From the IMG/VR virus record IMGVR_UViG_3300033064_003457, positions 1 through 64,000 of that record: a stretch of 64,000 bases of DNA; one strand, 5' to 3'. Both the position numbers and the translations under genes were made by a program. The notes under the pieces were generated by a model. That model did no database searches, was not told the DNA's origin, and worked only from the letters and a program-made list of their open reading frames with translations. This stretch comes from a virus. Of the stretch, positions 47,629-55,711 are shown piece by piece; position 1 is the first letter of the stretch, and the number at the start of each line of letters is the position of its first letter.

Positions 47629-47673
47629 AAAAAAAGAGGAGTCCAGCTAATGGTTTAGCTAGTGGCTCCTCTT
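47629..47673 (-). terminator. Intrinsic terminator between chaperone 2 and the tape-measure-like gene
   Basis: Minus strand AGAGGAGCCACTAGCTAA-ACCA-TTAGCTGGACTCCTCT followed by a T tract. Confidence 0.75.
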
Positions 47674-48248
47674 GGTGGTTGACGCGTAATAGGAATTTTC
47701 TTGTTTCCTATAAGCATCTGATTTTCTTTTTCAAAATCTATGGTTTTAGTTTCTTGCTGTTTTTGCACGTCTAACTTGACATCTAGTATATTTTCAGCCA
47801 ATGCCAAATAGTGCAAAAGAGTAGGATAATCTAAATCATCCAAGCCTCTTGGTGTTAGTTGAGGGAAAGCCTTGCATATCAATAAGGTAATCTGATTATT
47901 CAATAAAGAAATATTATTTCTTTCTACAGCTAAGTCCTGTTCAAACTTTTTGTCCTCAGCAAATCCAGATGCTACTATAATACATTCTAGCAAATACTCG
48001 ATCTCTCCAGCCAATACGCTGTCTAACGAGTTATCATTGCTCTTATATAATAAGCTGTTATCGATGATTATGTTCTCTCCATCTATAACACCATTATCTC
48101 TAAGAGACAAGATCCCTATGTACTCCCCCCGGGTAAGTGCTCTAAATATATAAATATTATCTGATATTTTTAAATAGTAAATAGAACAGTATTTTTTCTT
48201 CCAGAAGAGTATATCATCTGCTAAATGAGATATACCATTAATTTGCAA
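47655..48248 (-). CDS. Tail assembly chaperone-like protein 2
   Basis: WKKKY...YIFRALTRGEY...AGEI...SGF resembles chaperone 1 (WKSKH...YVYRPIRRVEY...AGTI...SNF); TTG start with SD GGAG. Confidence 0.65.
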   Translation of the reverse strand: MQINGISHLADDILFWKKKYCSIYYLKISDNIYIFRALTRGEYIGILSLRDNGVIDGENIIIDNSLLYKSNDNSLDSVLAGEIEYLLECIIVASGFAEDKKFEQDLAVERNNISLLNNQITLLICKAFPQLTPRGLDDLDYPTLLHYLALAENILDVKLDVQKQQETKTIDFEKENQMLIGNKKIPITRQPPRGATS

Positions 48249-48256
48249 AATCTCTC

Positions 48257-48598
48257 CTATAGCTTTATCGGTTCTTCAGAAATACCAAAATTAGACGCTG
48301 CCATTATTAAATCAACCAACGTTGATATAGTCCCAGCCTTTTGTGCTGACAGCTTAGTTGCATCAATCTCTGGCCATAAAATACACATTTGAGCTACCTT
48401 TTCTTCAGCAAATGTTTTTGATTCTTGTAGATTCCCTAATCCTAAAATTTGCTTGTATTCGACTCTACGTATAGGTCTATAAACATATTTCTCTGTGTCA
48501 CTGAAAGGAGCTACGTAAACGTCTCCGTGCTTACTTTTCCATTCATCAATCTTTTCTTGGGTTGGTCCCCCATTAATACCTAAAGGGCTATCTGCCAT
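48257..48598 (-). CDS. Tail assembly chaperone
   Basis: IDEWKSKHGDVY motif; canonical position between the tube and tape-measure genes. Confidence 0.7.
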   Translation of the reverse strand: MADSPLGINGGPTQEKIDEWKSKHGDVYVAPFSDTEKYVYRPIRRVEYKQILGLGNLQESKTFAEEKVAQMCILWPEIDATKLSAQKAGTISTLVDLIMAASNFGISEEPIKL

Positions 48599-48614
48599 GA
48601 TTACTTCTCCTTAC

Positions 48615-49358
48615 TTATCTAGTGGTCCCAATGTACTTATCAGTGTCCTTTGCTATAAAATCGTATTGCTCCATAACGGGTTGACCACCAACCCTGATAA
48701 CTTGTGATTCCCCCACAAGATGGACACCTATTAATGTTTTTGCTGTAGACTGTAACTGGTCTCTTAGTGTTCTTGCTTCAGTACCGGCAGTGTTACCATA
48801 TGTTATAAGTATGTTAAATCCATCCGGTATGTTTGCAGATTGTTGAATATCTGGTGCAAGATTTTCTAATGTGCTGTCATCTTCATCGGCCCCAGCAATG
48901 CCTCCTCCCCATATTGTTTCCTCGTAAGCCTTGGCTAGTTCTAAAAAGTCTGGACTACTTCCTATGTCCTGTAAGTCAGCAGTAGTGGTTGGTCCGAATG
49001 TGCCATTCTTTAAATGCAAACCAACTAATTTTCTAACTTCCGGCCACGACCCGTTATCCTTAGTATTGCCATATAGATTCTTAATTGAATCTACTATTGC
49101 TGATAGGTATCCTCTCTGTCTAAAGTTTATAACAAAACTTCCGCTAATCATTATCGTACCTTTAGCTACAGCATCAAAGGTTTGAGAGGCATACCCATAT
49201 ATGGGTCTTTTATTCTGAACTCTTTGGAATTGTATAGAGTTGATATCGTCTAATAAGATATTACCAAACCAAACTGTTGTTTGAGATCCTGAATAAAAAT
49301 CAAACTTATTAGTTGAGCCTAGATCATATTGTGTTCCGAATCCAGTAGTTAATGTCAT
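48615..49358 (-). CDS. Tail tube-fold paralog 3
   Basis: FYSGSQ...KRPIYGY...KGTIMISGSFVINF...FNILITYGN aligns with the tube protein. Confidence 0.65.
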   Translation of the reverse strand: MTLTTGFGTQYDLGSTNKFDFYSGSQTTVWFGNILLDDINSIQFQRVQNKRPIYGYASQTFDAVAKGTIMISGSFVINFRQRGYLSAIVDSIKNLYGNTKDNGSWPEVRKLVGLHLKNGTFGPTTTADLQDIGSSPDFLELAKAYEETIWGGGIAGADEDDSTLENLAPDIQQSANIPDGFNILITYGNTAGTEARTLRDQLQSTAKTLIGVHLVGESQVIRVGGQPVMEQYDFIAKDTDKYIGTTR

Positions 49359-50134
49359 TGTAACGCACTCCTATGAGAGCTCATACGTTTTTTAGACTCA
49401 TTCATAAGAATATCACTACCAGTTTGTAGCCCAGGAACAGTCTTGTTGTTCTTGAACGGAGGCCCCTTATGTAGCATATCTATGTCAGAAGCAACGTATG
49501 TATTGGTTTGCTCAGCTATCATATCATCAACACTAAAAGTGCTTCCTTCATTTATTATCCTTATACCGTATATCCCCATAGTTGATACATCGCCATATTC
49601 ATTATTGCATGTTATTATTATGTTGAATGGTGGTATCTGATCTATCAATAGCGTGGATGGATCATACTCTGTAACATAGGAAGACTTTAATGCTTCCGAT
49701 AAAACATATTGGTCTAATGTTGTCCATATCATACTACCAGCTATAGTCCTATCTCCGCGAGTATAGCCAGATACGTATGTATGCCCTAGTGATTTAACCG
49801 GCTGTACATCCCTGAACGTGCTATAACTAATTGTTTGTAGCGTCCCTAAAACACCTATGACCGGCTCTGTGGTAGAATGAGGACCAACAATGTCCTCTCC
49901 CCTTATTTCTTGTGGTGGTATATGGATATAAGCTACAATGTCAGCACCAGAGAATGAATTAAAATAACCGTTATTGTTACTCCAATAGCTCTGTGTACCT
50001 TGTATGGCCCGAGTCCTAGCTACCCTTTCGTTCTCTGTCTGGTTGTTACCATACCCCTTGTCGCCTAATGGCCACCAGTATGGTGCATGAACCAAACTAT
50101 TTATATCATTAGACCAGCTACTCAAGAATCCCAT
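49355..50134 (-). CDS. Tail tube-fold paralog 2
   Basis: NSFSGADI, LQTISYS, RGDRTIAGS, DQIPPFNI, NEYG and NEGSTFSVDD are shared with the 50183 gene. Confidence 0.7.
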   Translation of the reverse strand: MGFLSSWSNDINSLVHAPYWWPLGDKGYGNNQTENERVARTRAIQGTQSYWSNNNGYFNSFSGADIVAYIHIPPQEIRGEDIVGPHSTTEPVIGVLGTLQTISYSTFRDVQPVKSLGHTYVSGYTRGDRTIAGSMIWTTLDQYVLSEALKSSYVTEYDPSTLLIDQIPPFNIIITCNNEYGDVSTMGIYGIRIINEGSTFSVDDMIAEQTNTYVASDIDMLHKGPPFKNNKTVPGLQTGSDILMNESKKRMSSHRSALQ

Positions 50135-50149
50135 TTGTATCTCCTTGGA

Positions 50150-50171
50150 CCGGGGCCAATTAAGACCCCGG
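50150..50171 (-). other. GC-rich hairpin after the tail tube gene
   Basis: CCGGGGTC-TTAATT-GGCCCCGG; no T tract. Confidence 0.55.
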
Positions 50172-50182
50172 AATTGTGTCTA

Positions 50183-50794
50183 TTAAGCAGTACCGCCAGA
50201 ACCAGCCCATGTCGAATTCGATGAAACATCAGAATAAGATGCAGTCCACGGTAATATTTCCCGCGCTACAAAGGTCATTTGCTGTTCGGTGACTATATCG
50301 TCTATAGATATTCCAGATCCTTCATTGAGTATTTCTACTCCACGCACTGACATTTGTGCTATCTGCCCATATTCATTAGCAGCAGTAAGCACTACATCAA
50401 ACGGTGGTATCTGATCTGGATACCATGGGGGTTGCCAAGAATTGTCAGTATTCACATCTTGCCATACCTGGCTTCCCCTTTCTTCGTCAGAATTGTGTTT
50501 TTGAATATCTGTATCATGAGCAAAAAACCATCCTGACCTATCTTCCATATTTTTAAAAACTTCAAGCAAAGCATTTCTATCAAATACCGTAAAGATTAAA
50601 GTTCCCGCAATACCTCTCTTCCCTCTAGAAAAGGATCGAGGATCTGCAGAGCCCATTGTATAAATCGGAGCCTTCTCTCTCGTTACGGAATATGAAACAC
50701 CCTGCAATTCGCCGACAACCTTCCCACCGAATGTAGCCTTAATATCTACACCAGAGAAAGAATTATAGCTTCTTGTATATTCGCTTACAGGCAT
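50183..50794 (-). CDS. Tail tube protein
   Basis: Immediately follows the sheath gene; strong SD AGGAGG; downstream hairpin suggests high expression. Confidence 0.75.
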   Translation of the reverse strand: MPVSEYTRSYNSFSGVDIKATFGGKVVGELQGVSYSVTREKAPIYTMGSADPRSFSRGKRGIAGTLIFTVFDRNALLEVFKNMEDRSGWFFAHDTDIQKHNSDEERGSQVWQDVNTDNSWQPPWYPDQIPPFDVVLTAANEYGQIAQMSVRGVEILNEGSGISIDDIVTEQQMTFVAREILPWTASYSDVSSNSTWAGSGGTA

Positions 50795-50819
50795 GTTATC
50801 TTCCCTCCTTTTCTAATTT

Positions 50820-52178
50820 TTATTCAGAAGTCAAAGCTACGATTATTCTAACTTCCTGTAGCTCAAATGCCGGAACTAATATCAACTCAACAGTAGCTTT
50901 ACCAAGTACCTGATCTGTTGGTGACGACCATACATTAAAATTAAACCTTCTTAATGCTCCCTGTTCTTGCATAGTTTTTAGTGCGTTTTCTATCGCTGTA
51001 GCCATAGCATTTCTTTGTGGGGCGTTATTAGGCTCACCTATAAACTGGTCAGCCGTCTCCCTAACATAGTTAACCGCATCATGTACAATTCTAACTGTGC
51101 TCAAACGAACAAAGTCAGATCTATAATAGGCGCTTATGTTATATGCTCCTGTCATTGCGCTAGCAATTACAATCCCTTTTGGTTTTGACATCAGAGTTAC
51201 AAATCTACTACCAGCCAGTCTATTTGCTTGGCCTTGAGATATTCCTTGTTGTAATGTAACTCCATAAACTATCTTGTTTGTTGGTGCGCTCTTAGCTGGT
51301 AACGATGATATCAAACCAGCGTATGAAGCAGCTCCATCAGCATTATAGTAACCTATAGTTGGATATAAATCAGAAGCAGCATCATTAGCAGCCCTTACAT
51401 TAGAGGCTACTACAGAAATGTATGCACCGATATCAACCCTATTACCCTTAGAATCAGTAACATCACCACCTGCATAATTCGGTGGCTGTGTCTCATCAGT
51501 TCTAGCAACAAAACAATAATTACCTGGGGTGCCAGTAGCAGTTTCAGTGGTTCCATCATAGTAACCACAATTACTGTAGTCCTCTAGGCTACTTACCCAG
51601 TCCTCAACTTCAGTTAATGTCGGTGTTCCAGATGCGCTAGTAGTAGCTCCATCAACTCCGATAACACCTAAGCATGTGTTGTTATTTACAGTCGCTTGAT
51701 AGCAAAAATTTGCTAACTGATAACCAAAACTCCACTGAGTTCCTGGTCCACCATGATAGTCAGCTGTTATTGAATCATCTAAGTGGGCTATTAAAGGAAC
51801 AACCATATCAACAGGATAATTAAGTAAGGTATCATAGGCTTCTCCAAGATATCCATATCTATCATTGACTTCAAGCAATGAGCCAGAGCCAACTGGTAAT
51901 ATATTCATTAGTTCTATATCACGTCCGCCAGCTACATAGCACTCATATAATCCCTTACATAGTTCGCTGACGCTCCCATCGGAATTGAGGAATGTTTTAT
52001 ACGCATCCGTAAGCGAATTTTTAGAGATAGAATACGGGATATAAGGTTTAGCATCTTCATTTGTTGAGGTAGTCATACCCAACAGGAGGATTTTGGGACC
52101 AGAGGGAGGTCTACTAATACGTAGCCCCTGGTCTAGTACTTCTACCGTTGCGCCTGGTAGATTAGCAAAGGTTGGCAT
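50820..52178 (-). CDS. Tail sheath protein
   Basis: N-terminal LPGATVEVLD; C-terminal RLSTVRIV...FIGEPN...VELILVPAFELQEVRI sheath signature. Confidence 0.9.
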   Translation of the reverse strand: MPTFANLPGATVEVLDQGLRISRPPSGPKILLLGMTTSTNEDAKPYIPYSISKNSLTDAYKTFLNSDGSVSELCKGLYECYVAGGRDIELMNILPVGSGSLLEVNDRYGYLGEAYDTLLNYPVDMVVPLIAHLDDSITADYHGGPGTQWSFGYQLANFCYQATVNNNTCLGVIGVDGATTSASGTPTLTEVEDWVSSLEDYSNCGYYDGTTETATGTPGNYCFVARTDETQPPNYAGGDVTDSKGNRVDIGAYISVVASNVRAANDAASDLYPTIGYYNADGAASYAGLISSLPAKSAPTNKIVYGVTLQQGISQGQANRLAGSRFVTLMSKPKGIVIASAMTGAYNISAYYRSDFVRLSTVRIVHDAVNYVRETADQFIGEPNNAPQRNAMATAIENALKTMQEQGALRRFNFNVWSSPTDQVLGKATVELILVPAFELQEVRIIVALTSE

Positions 52179-52202
52179 GTTAACTCCTCCTTTTATTTTT
52201 GT

Positions 52203-53150
52203 TTATACATAAGCTGTAAGACCATCATCTAATATTTCAGTTTTACCAGAAGGTGGCAACTCTGTGTACCCGACCCCAAGAAACCCAGAAGGTACAGCAT
52301 TTGCCAGCTCTAGATATAAATCTATTTGTTTAAGATCGTGTTCTCTGATTATTGTTATCTTTTCAGTCTTAAAATAATAGATAACACTTCTAACTGCTAA
52401 ATCATTTCTCCACTTTCTTACAGCCTCGTCTTCTCTTCTCATCCAATAAAGTATTTCATTTACTCCATTTTTTTTCCAAACCCAGATATATTTGAACATA
52501 AAATCTTCGAACCATGCTATAAGATCATCAGCCCTATTATTTGTTCTGGACCAACAATCGAATTGCAGAAGATTGTCAAACCATTGGCCTAACACCTGTA
52601 TGTGACAATCTCTATAATCTGGGTCTACTAACTCTTGCCTAACTCTAGGTTTTATTTCTGATGGTGGATCAAATGGGTGCTTACCAATGGTTCCAGGCTC
52701 TCTCCTGTTAACTCTAAAGGTTATAGTGTCAACCCATTCTGAGGTAGGCTTATCTTTATATTCCTCTGAATAATCTGAAACAAAGTTAACCATTCTATTC
52801 TCAGACAACTCTAATCTATTGAGCCTAGATGGTGCAGTTGTTCCAGATATTTTTATTAAATTAGTACTTTCGTCTATTATGTCTGTTATGATATAGTATT
52901 CACCAGTACTTAGATTTTTGATAGAATCATTAACGCTTAAGTACCTGGCGTTAGGCATAGCTATTATCCATTCTGACCTGTCAGATACAATCCATTTTCC
53001 CTGAAAATCTATTAAGCTTTGATATATATAGGTTGTAATATCATTCAGGGTCGCTTTTCTATCAGCCTGGCGGATATCTGCCCTTGTAAGATTAGTCAGA
53101 AAATAATAGTCATCGGTGTAAGATTCAAGCCTGCTACCATAATCAGACAC
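52203..53150 (-). CDS. Tail completion/terminator-like protein
   Basis: Gene order (before the sheath); QFDCWSRTNNRADDLIAWFE pattern. Confidence 0.55.
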   Translation of the reverse strand: MSDYGSRLESYTDDYYFLTNLTRADIRQADRKATLNDITTYIYQSLIDFQGKWIVSDRSEWIIAMPNARYLSVNDSIKNLSTGEYYIITDIIDESTNLIKISGTTAPSRLNRLELSENRMVNFVSDYSEEYKDKPTSEWVDTITFRVNRREPGTIGKHPFDPPSEIKPRVRQELVDPDYRDCHIQVLGQWFDNLLQFDCWSRTNNRADDLIAWFEDFMFKYIWVWKKNGVNEILYWMRREDEAVRKWRNDLAVRSVIYYFKTEKITIIREHDLKQIDLYLELANAVPSGFLGVGYTELPPSGKTEILDDGLTAYV

Positions 53151-53746
53151 TATAATACCTCCATCTTAACAGCAACTCTCCAGTACTCTATTCTTCCCTT
53201 TTTGTCTCTGAGGGGCTCCGCAACTGATACGTTATGCATTTCTTGGTGTTCGTATGGTCTCACTGGATTGCCGTCAGCATCATTAGTTATTTCTATTATC
53301 TTGTCTTCTTTTTTTGGATTAACATAATATTCGAAATAATACACTATGGCTAAAACACTCATAATACCTACTGGAGTTTTTTCTTTCTCTTCAGCCAGCC
53401 CTATGGCCGGTGCAACCATCCTTCTTCTTACTAAATATAGTTCATCTTCATACACCCATCCAGAACCACCACAGATAGTACAGTTCTCGTCAGGCTCATC
53501 GTACTTTCTAAAGTCATCACTATATTTTTTATTTCCAGAACCACGCTTATTCCAACAAGAACACCTTTGAGCTTTGTCCATTCTCCTTAATAACACCCAG
53601 TGACCTCTCTGTGGACTGTTTGCATCTCCAGCTAAAAATGTATTCATTTCAGAGCGTATATCTACTTCTGTCTCTCCGGCTATAGTATCGTATAGTGGTA
53701 CCCCATTAGGTACAATACCACGCTTAGGCCAAATTTTTATGCTCAT
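53150..53746 (-). CDS. Head closure/neck protein with a Zn-finger-like insertion
   Basis: RCSCW...CTICGGSGW; position after the adaptor gene. Confidence 0.55.
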   Translation of the reverse strand: MSIKIWPKRGIVPNGVPLYDTIAGETEVDIRSEMNTFLAGDANSPQRGHWVLLRRMDKAQRCSCWNKRGSGNKKYSDDFRKYDEPDENCTICGGSGWVYEDELYLVRRRMVAPAIGLAEEKEKTPVGIMSVLAIVYYFEYYVNPKKEDKIIEITNDADGNPVRPYEHQEMHNVSVAEPLRDKKGRIEYWRVAVKMEVL

Positions 53747-53748
53747 AA

Positions 53749-55125
53749 TTAGCTCCAGTCAGAATATACTCCAGGAGATTTAAGGATTCTTTCTGTCCTT
53801 TTATTTGCCCCGAGCCTGCCATCTTCAGGAACACTCCATGTTCTAACGCCTCTCATTGGAGGTGTTGCTGGATTGGCTACGCCCTTAATAACCATCTTTG
53901 CTCTAGCCCTTCTGTATTTGCCTAACAATTGTTTTAGCCAAGCATTGCTACACTCTAAAGCCTTAGCTATAGAACTCTTTACGCCATCCTGAACCTCAGT
54001 CCCTTCCTGGATTGAGAAATCTCCCAATCTTTTCATTTCTCCGGCACCCGATGAGGCCATGTCTAATAATCTGGCGTGTAAAAGATCGTATTGAGTTTTG
54101 CAAAATACCCACATTTTTGCTGCAAACGTTGGAGAACTTAGCGCCCATTGAGACTGATCATACATAACATTTGCTATATTATATGCCTCTAGGGAGTTAA
54201 GGTATATCGTCCTATTAATAACATCGTCGTTAACATCACGGATAAATGGTCCTATTGCTGTTCTTATTTTTTTTACTGTGCTATACAAAGGATAGTAACA
54301 AGTAGTAAACATAAACTCATAGTCATCACTAAGTAAGTTGCCCTGATAATCTTTTACATCCTCAGAAACAGTTACTGTTACTTCGTTGTTCACTCTCCAT
54401 GTCGTATGATTGTCTTGATACGTAGATGGAGTCCATGTAATGGTATCACCAGTTACGTTGGCAACAGTTCCGCTAGGAGTTGCTGTTGTGGTTGATGGGT
54501 CTCCGTCTACAGCCTCAACAGACAATGCTATCCAGTCTTGCTCTACAGCAGTACCACTAGCTAATAGTCTATTGAATTTTACACTGACGCTATCGCCCCA
54601 TGTAACAGTTGTGTGATCGCTGCTCTCTGTACCTAGATTTGTACCATAGTTTCCTGGTGTAGTTTTTGTAATAGCAAAAGATGTTTGAGATCTTGGCTCT
54701 AAAACCTTGGCTACTGGAGAACTGGCCACAGGTGTGTCTGGTTGCGTTTCTGGAATCGTGTCTTCTGGTGCCTCGTACAACTCTGTACCAGTAGTAAAAT
54801 ACCAAGTAGCAGTTGTAACTAAGCTCTCTGATGATGCGTTCTTTACACATGTACTAGATTGATCTGCACCTACCACTACAACATTATAGGTAGTGTTTTC
54901 ATCGAATATACTATCAGGGGTTATAGTAGCAGTATAGGTAGAACTACTGTACCCTATCGTTTTATCAATAAGCTCATAGTCTGAAGACCTGTAGACCAAT
55001 ATAGTGTTATCTGTCAGCGTGCTAGAGTCAACGTTTTGATCAAACACTAGATATATAAGCTGATTTAAGTATATATTAGTAGCGTTTATTGCTGGTATTC
55101 TACTACTTAATTGTGGTGCAGCCAT
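53749..55125 (-). CDS. Head-tail adaptor-like protein with N-terminal Ig-like (Big_5-like) domains
   Basis: P...ATNI...IYLVFDQNVDSSTL...TITP...ENTTYNVVV pattern; C-terminal YSTVKKIR...KRLGDFSI adaptor-like region. Confidence 0.6.
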   Translation of the reverse strand: MAAPQLSSRIPAINATNIYLNQLIYLVFDQNVDSSTLTDNTILVYRSSDYELIDKTIGYSSSTYTATITPDSIFDENTTYNVVVVGADQSSTCVKNASSESLVTTATWYFTTGTELYEAPEDTIPETQPDTPVASSPVAKVLEPRSQTSFAITKTTPGNYGTNLGTESSDHTTVTWGDSVSVKFNRLLASGTAVEQDWIALSVEAVDGDPSTTTATPSGTVANVTGDTITWTPSTYQDNHTTWRVNNEVTVTVSEDVKDYQGNLLSDDYEFMFTTCYYPLYSTVKKIRTAIGPFIRDVNDDVINRTIYLNSLEAYNIANVMYDQSQWALSSPTFAAKMWVFCKTQYDLLHARLLDMASSGAGEMKRLGDFSIQEGTEVQDGVKSSIAKALECSNAWLKQLLGKYRRARAKMVIKGVANPATPPMRGVRTWSVPEDGRLGANKRTERILKSPGVYSDWS

Positions 55126-55137
55126 GTTTATCCTTTT

Positions 55138-55635
55138 TTATTCTGTTCCCTTAGTCAAACTAATCTCTATTTTTTCTTGACCTTCTTCTACTACGTTAGA
55201 AACACCAGCCAGTTTGTCTAAATATCTTTCGAATAATTTTATTACGCTAGACCTAGGCTCTGATCCTTTATTCTTTCCTTTCTTTTCTTCCTCTAATAGA
55301 GACTCTAGTTTTTTAAGCTTTTCGCTATTCTTAAGCTTCTTGCTATCCATCAAGCTATCTATGTAGATCATTATATTTTTTCTTCCATTATCTAATACAG
55401 AACTATCATCCTTATCTACTGTGGTTACTTCTTTTTTATCTTCAGGCCAACCTACAGATAGGTCACCCATGCGAATTGATACGTTGATTCTCGCTAGTAT
55501 GTCATCGCTTATATCCTCAGGTATTATTGCTGTTTCTTTTCCCGGTTTTAAATTAATTCCCTTGTCACCTTGGAAGAAGAATAATCTTCTCTTCTTATTT
55601 AAACTTACCCTACTGCCTTTCTTAGCAACACTCAT
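55138..55635 (-). CDS. Hypothetical protein downstream of the capsid gene
   Basis: Start reassigned to ATG 55635 (MSVAKK, SD GGAGGA). Confidence 0.6.
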   Translation of the reverse strand: MSVAKKGSRVSLNKKRRLFFFQGDKGINLKPGKETAIIPEDISDDILARINVSIRMGDLSVGWPEDKKEVTTVDKDDSSVLDNGRKNIMIYIDSLMDSKKLKNSEKLKKLESLLEEEKKGKNKGSEPRSSVIKLFERYLDKLAGVSNVVEEGQEKIEISLTKGTE

Positions 55636-55664
55636 ATAAAAATCCTCCGATATATTACAAATCC

Positions 55665-55703
55665 AGTGACTAGGGGAGGAATTACCCTCCCCAAGATCAC
55701 TGA
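55665..55703 (-). other. Long hairpin after the major capsid gene (stabiliser/attenuator)
   Basis: CAGTGA-TCTT-GGGGAGGG-TAAT-TCCTCCCC-TAG-TCACTG. Confidence 0.6.
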
Positions 55704-55711
55704 AAAACAAT

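Noticed and set aside
47655-48598. Programmed frameshift between the tail chaperones
   Set aside because: No clear slippery heptamer near the first stop, and the second gene has its own SD and TTG start and looks like a full paralog.
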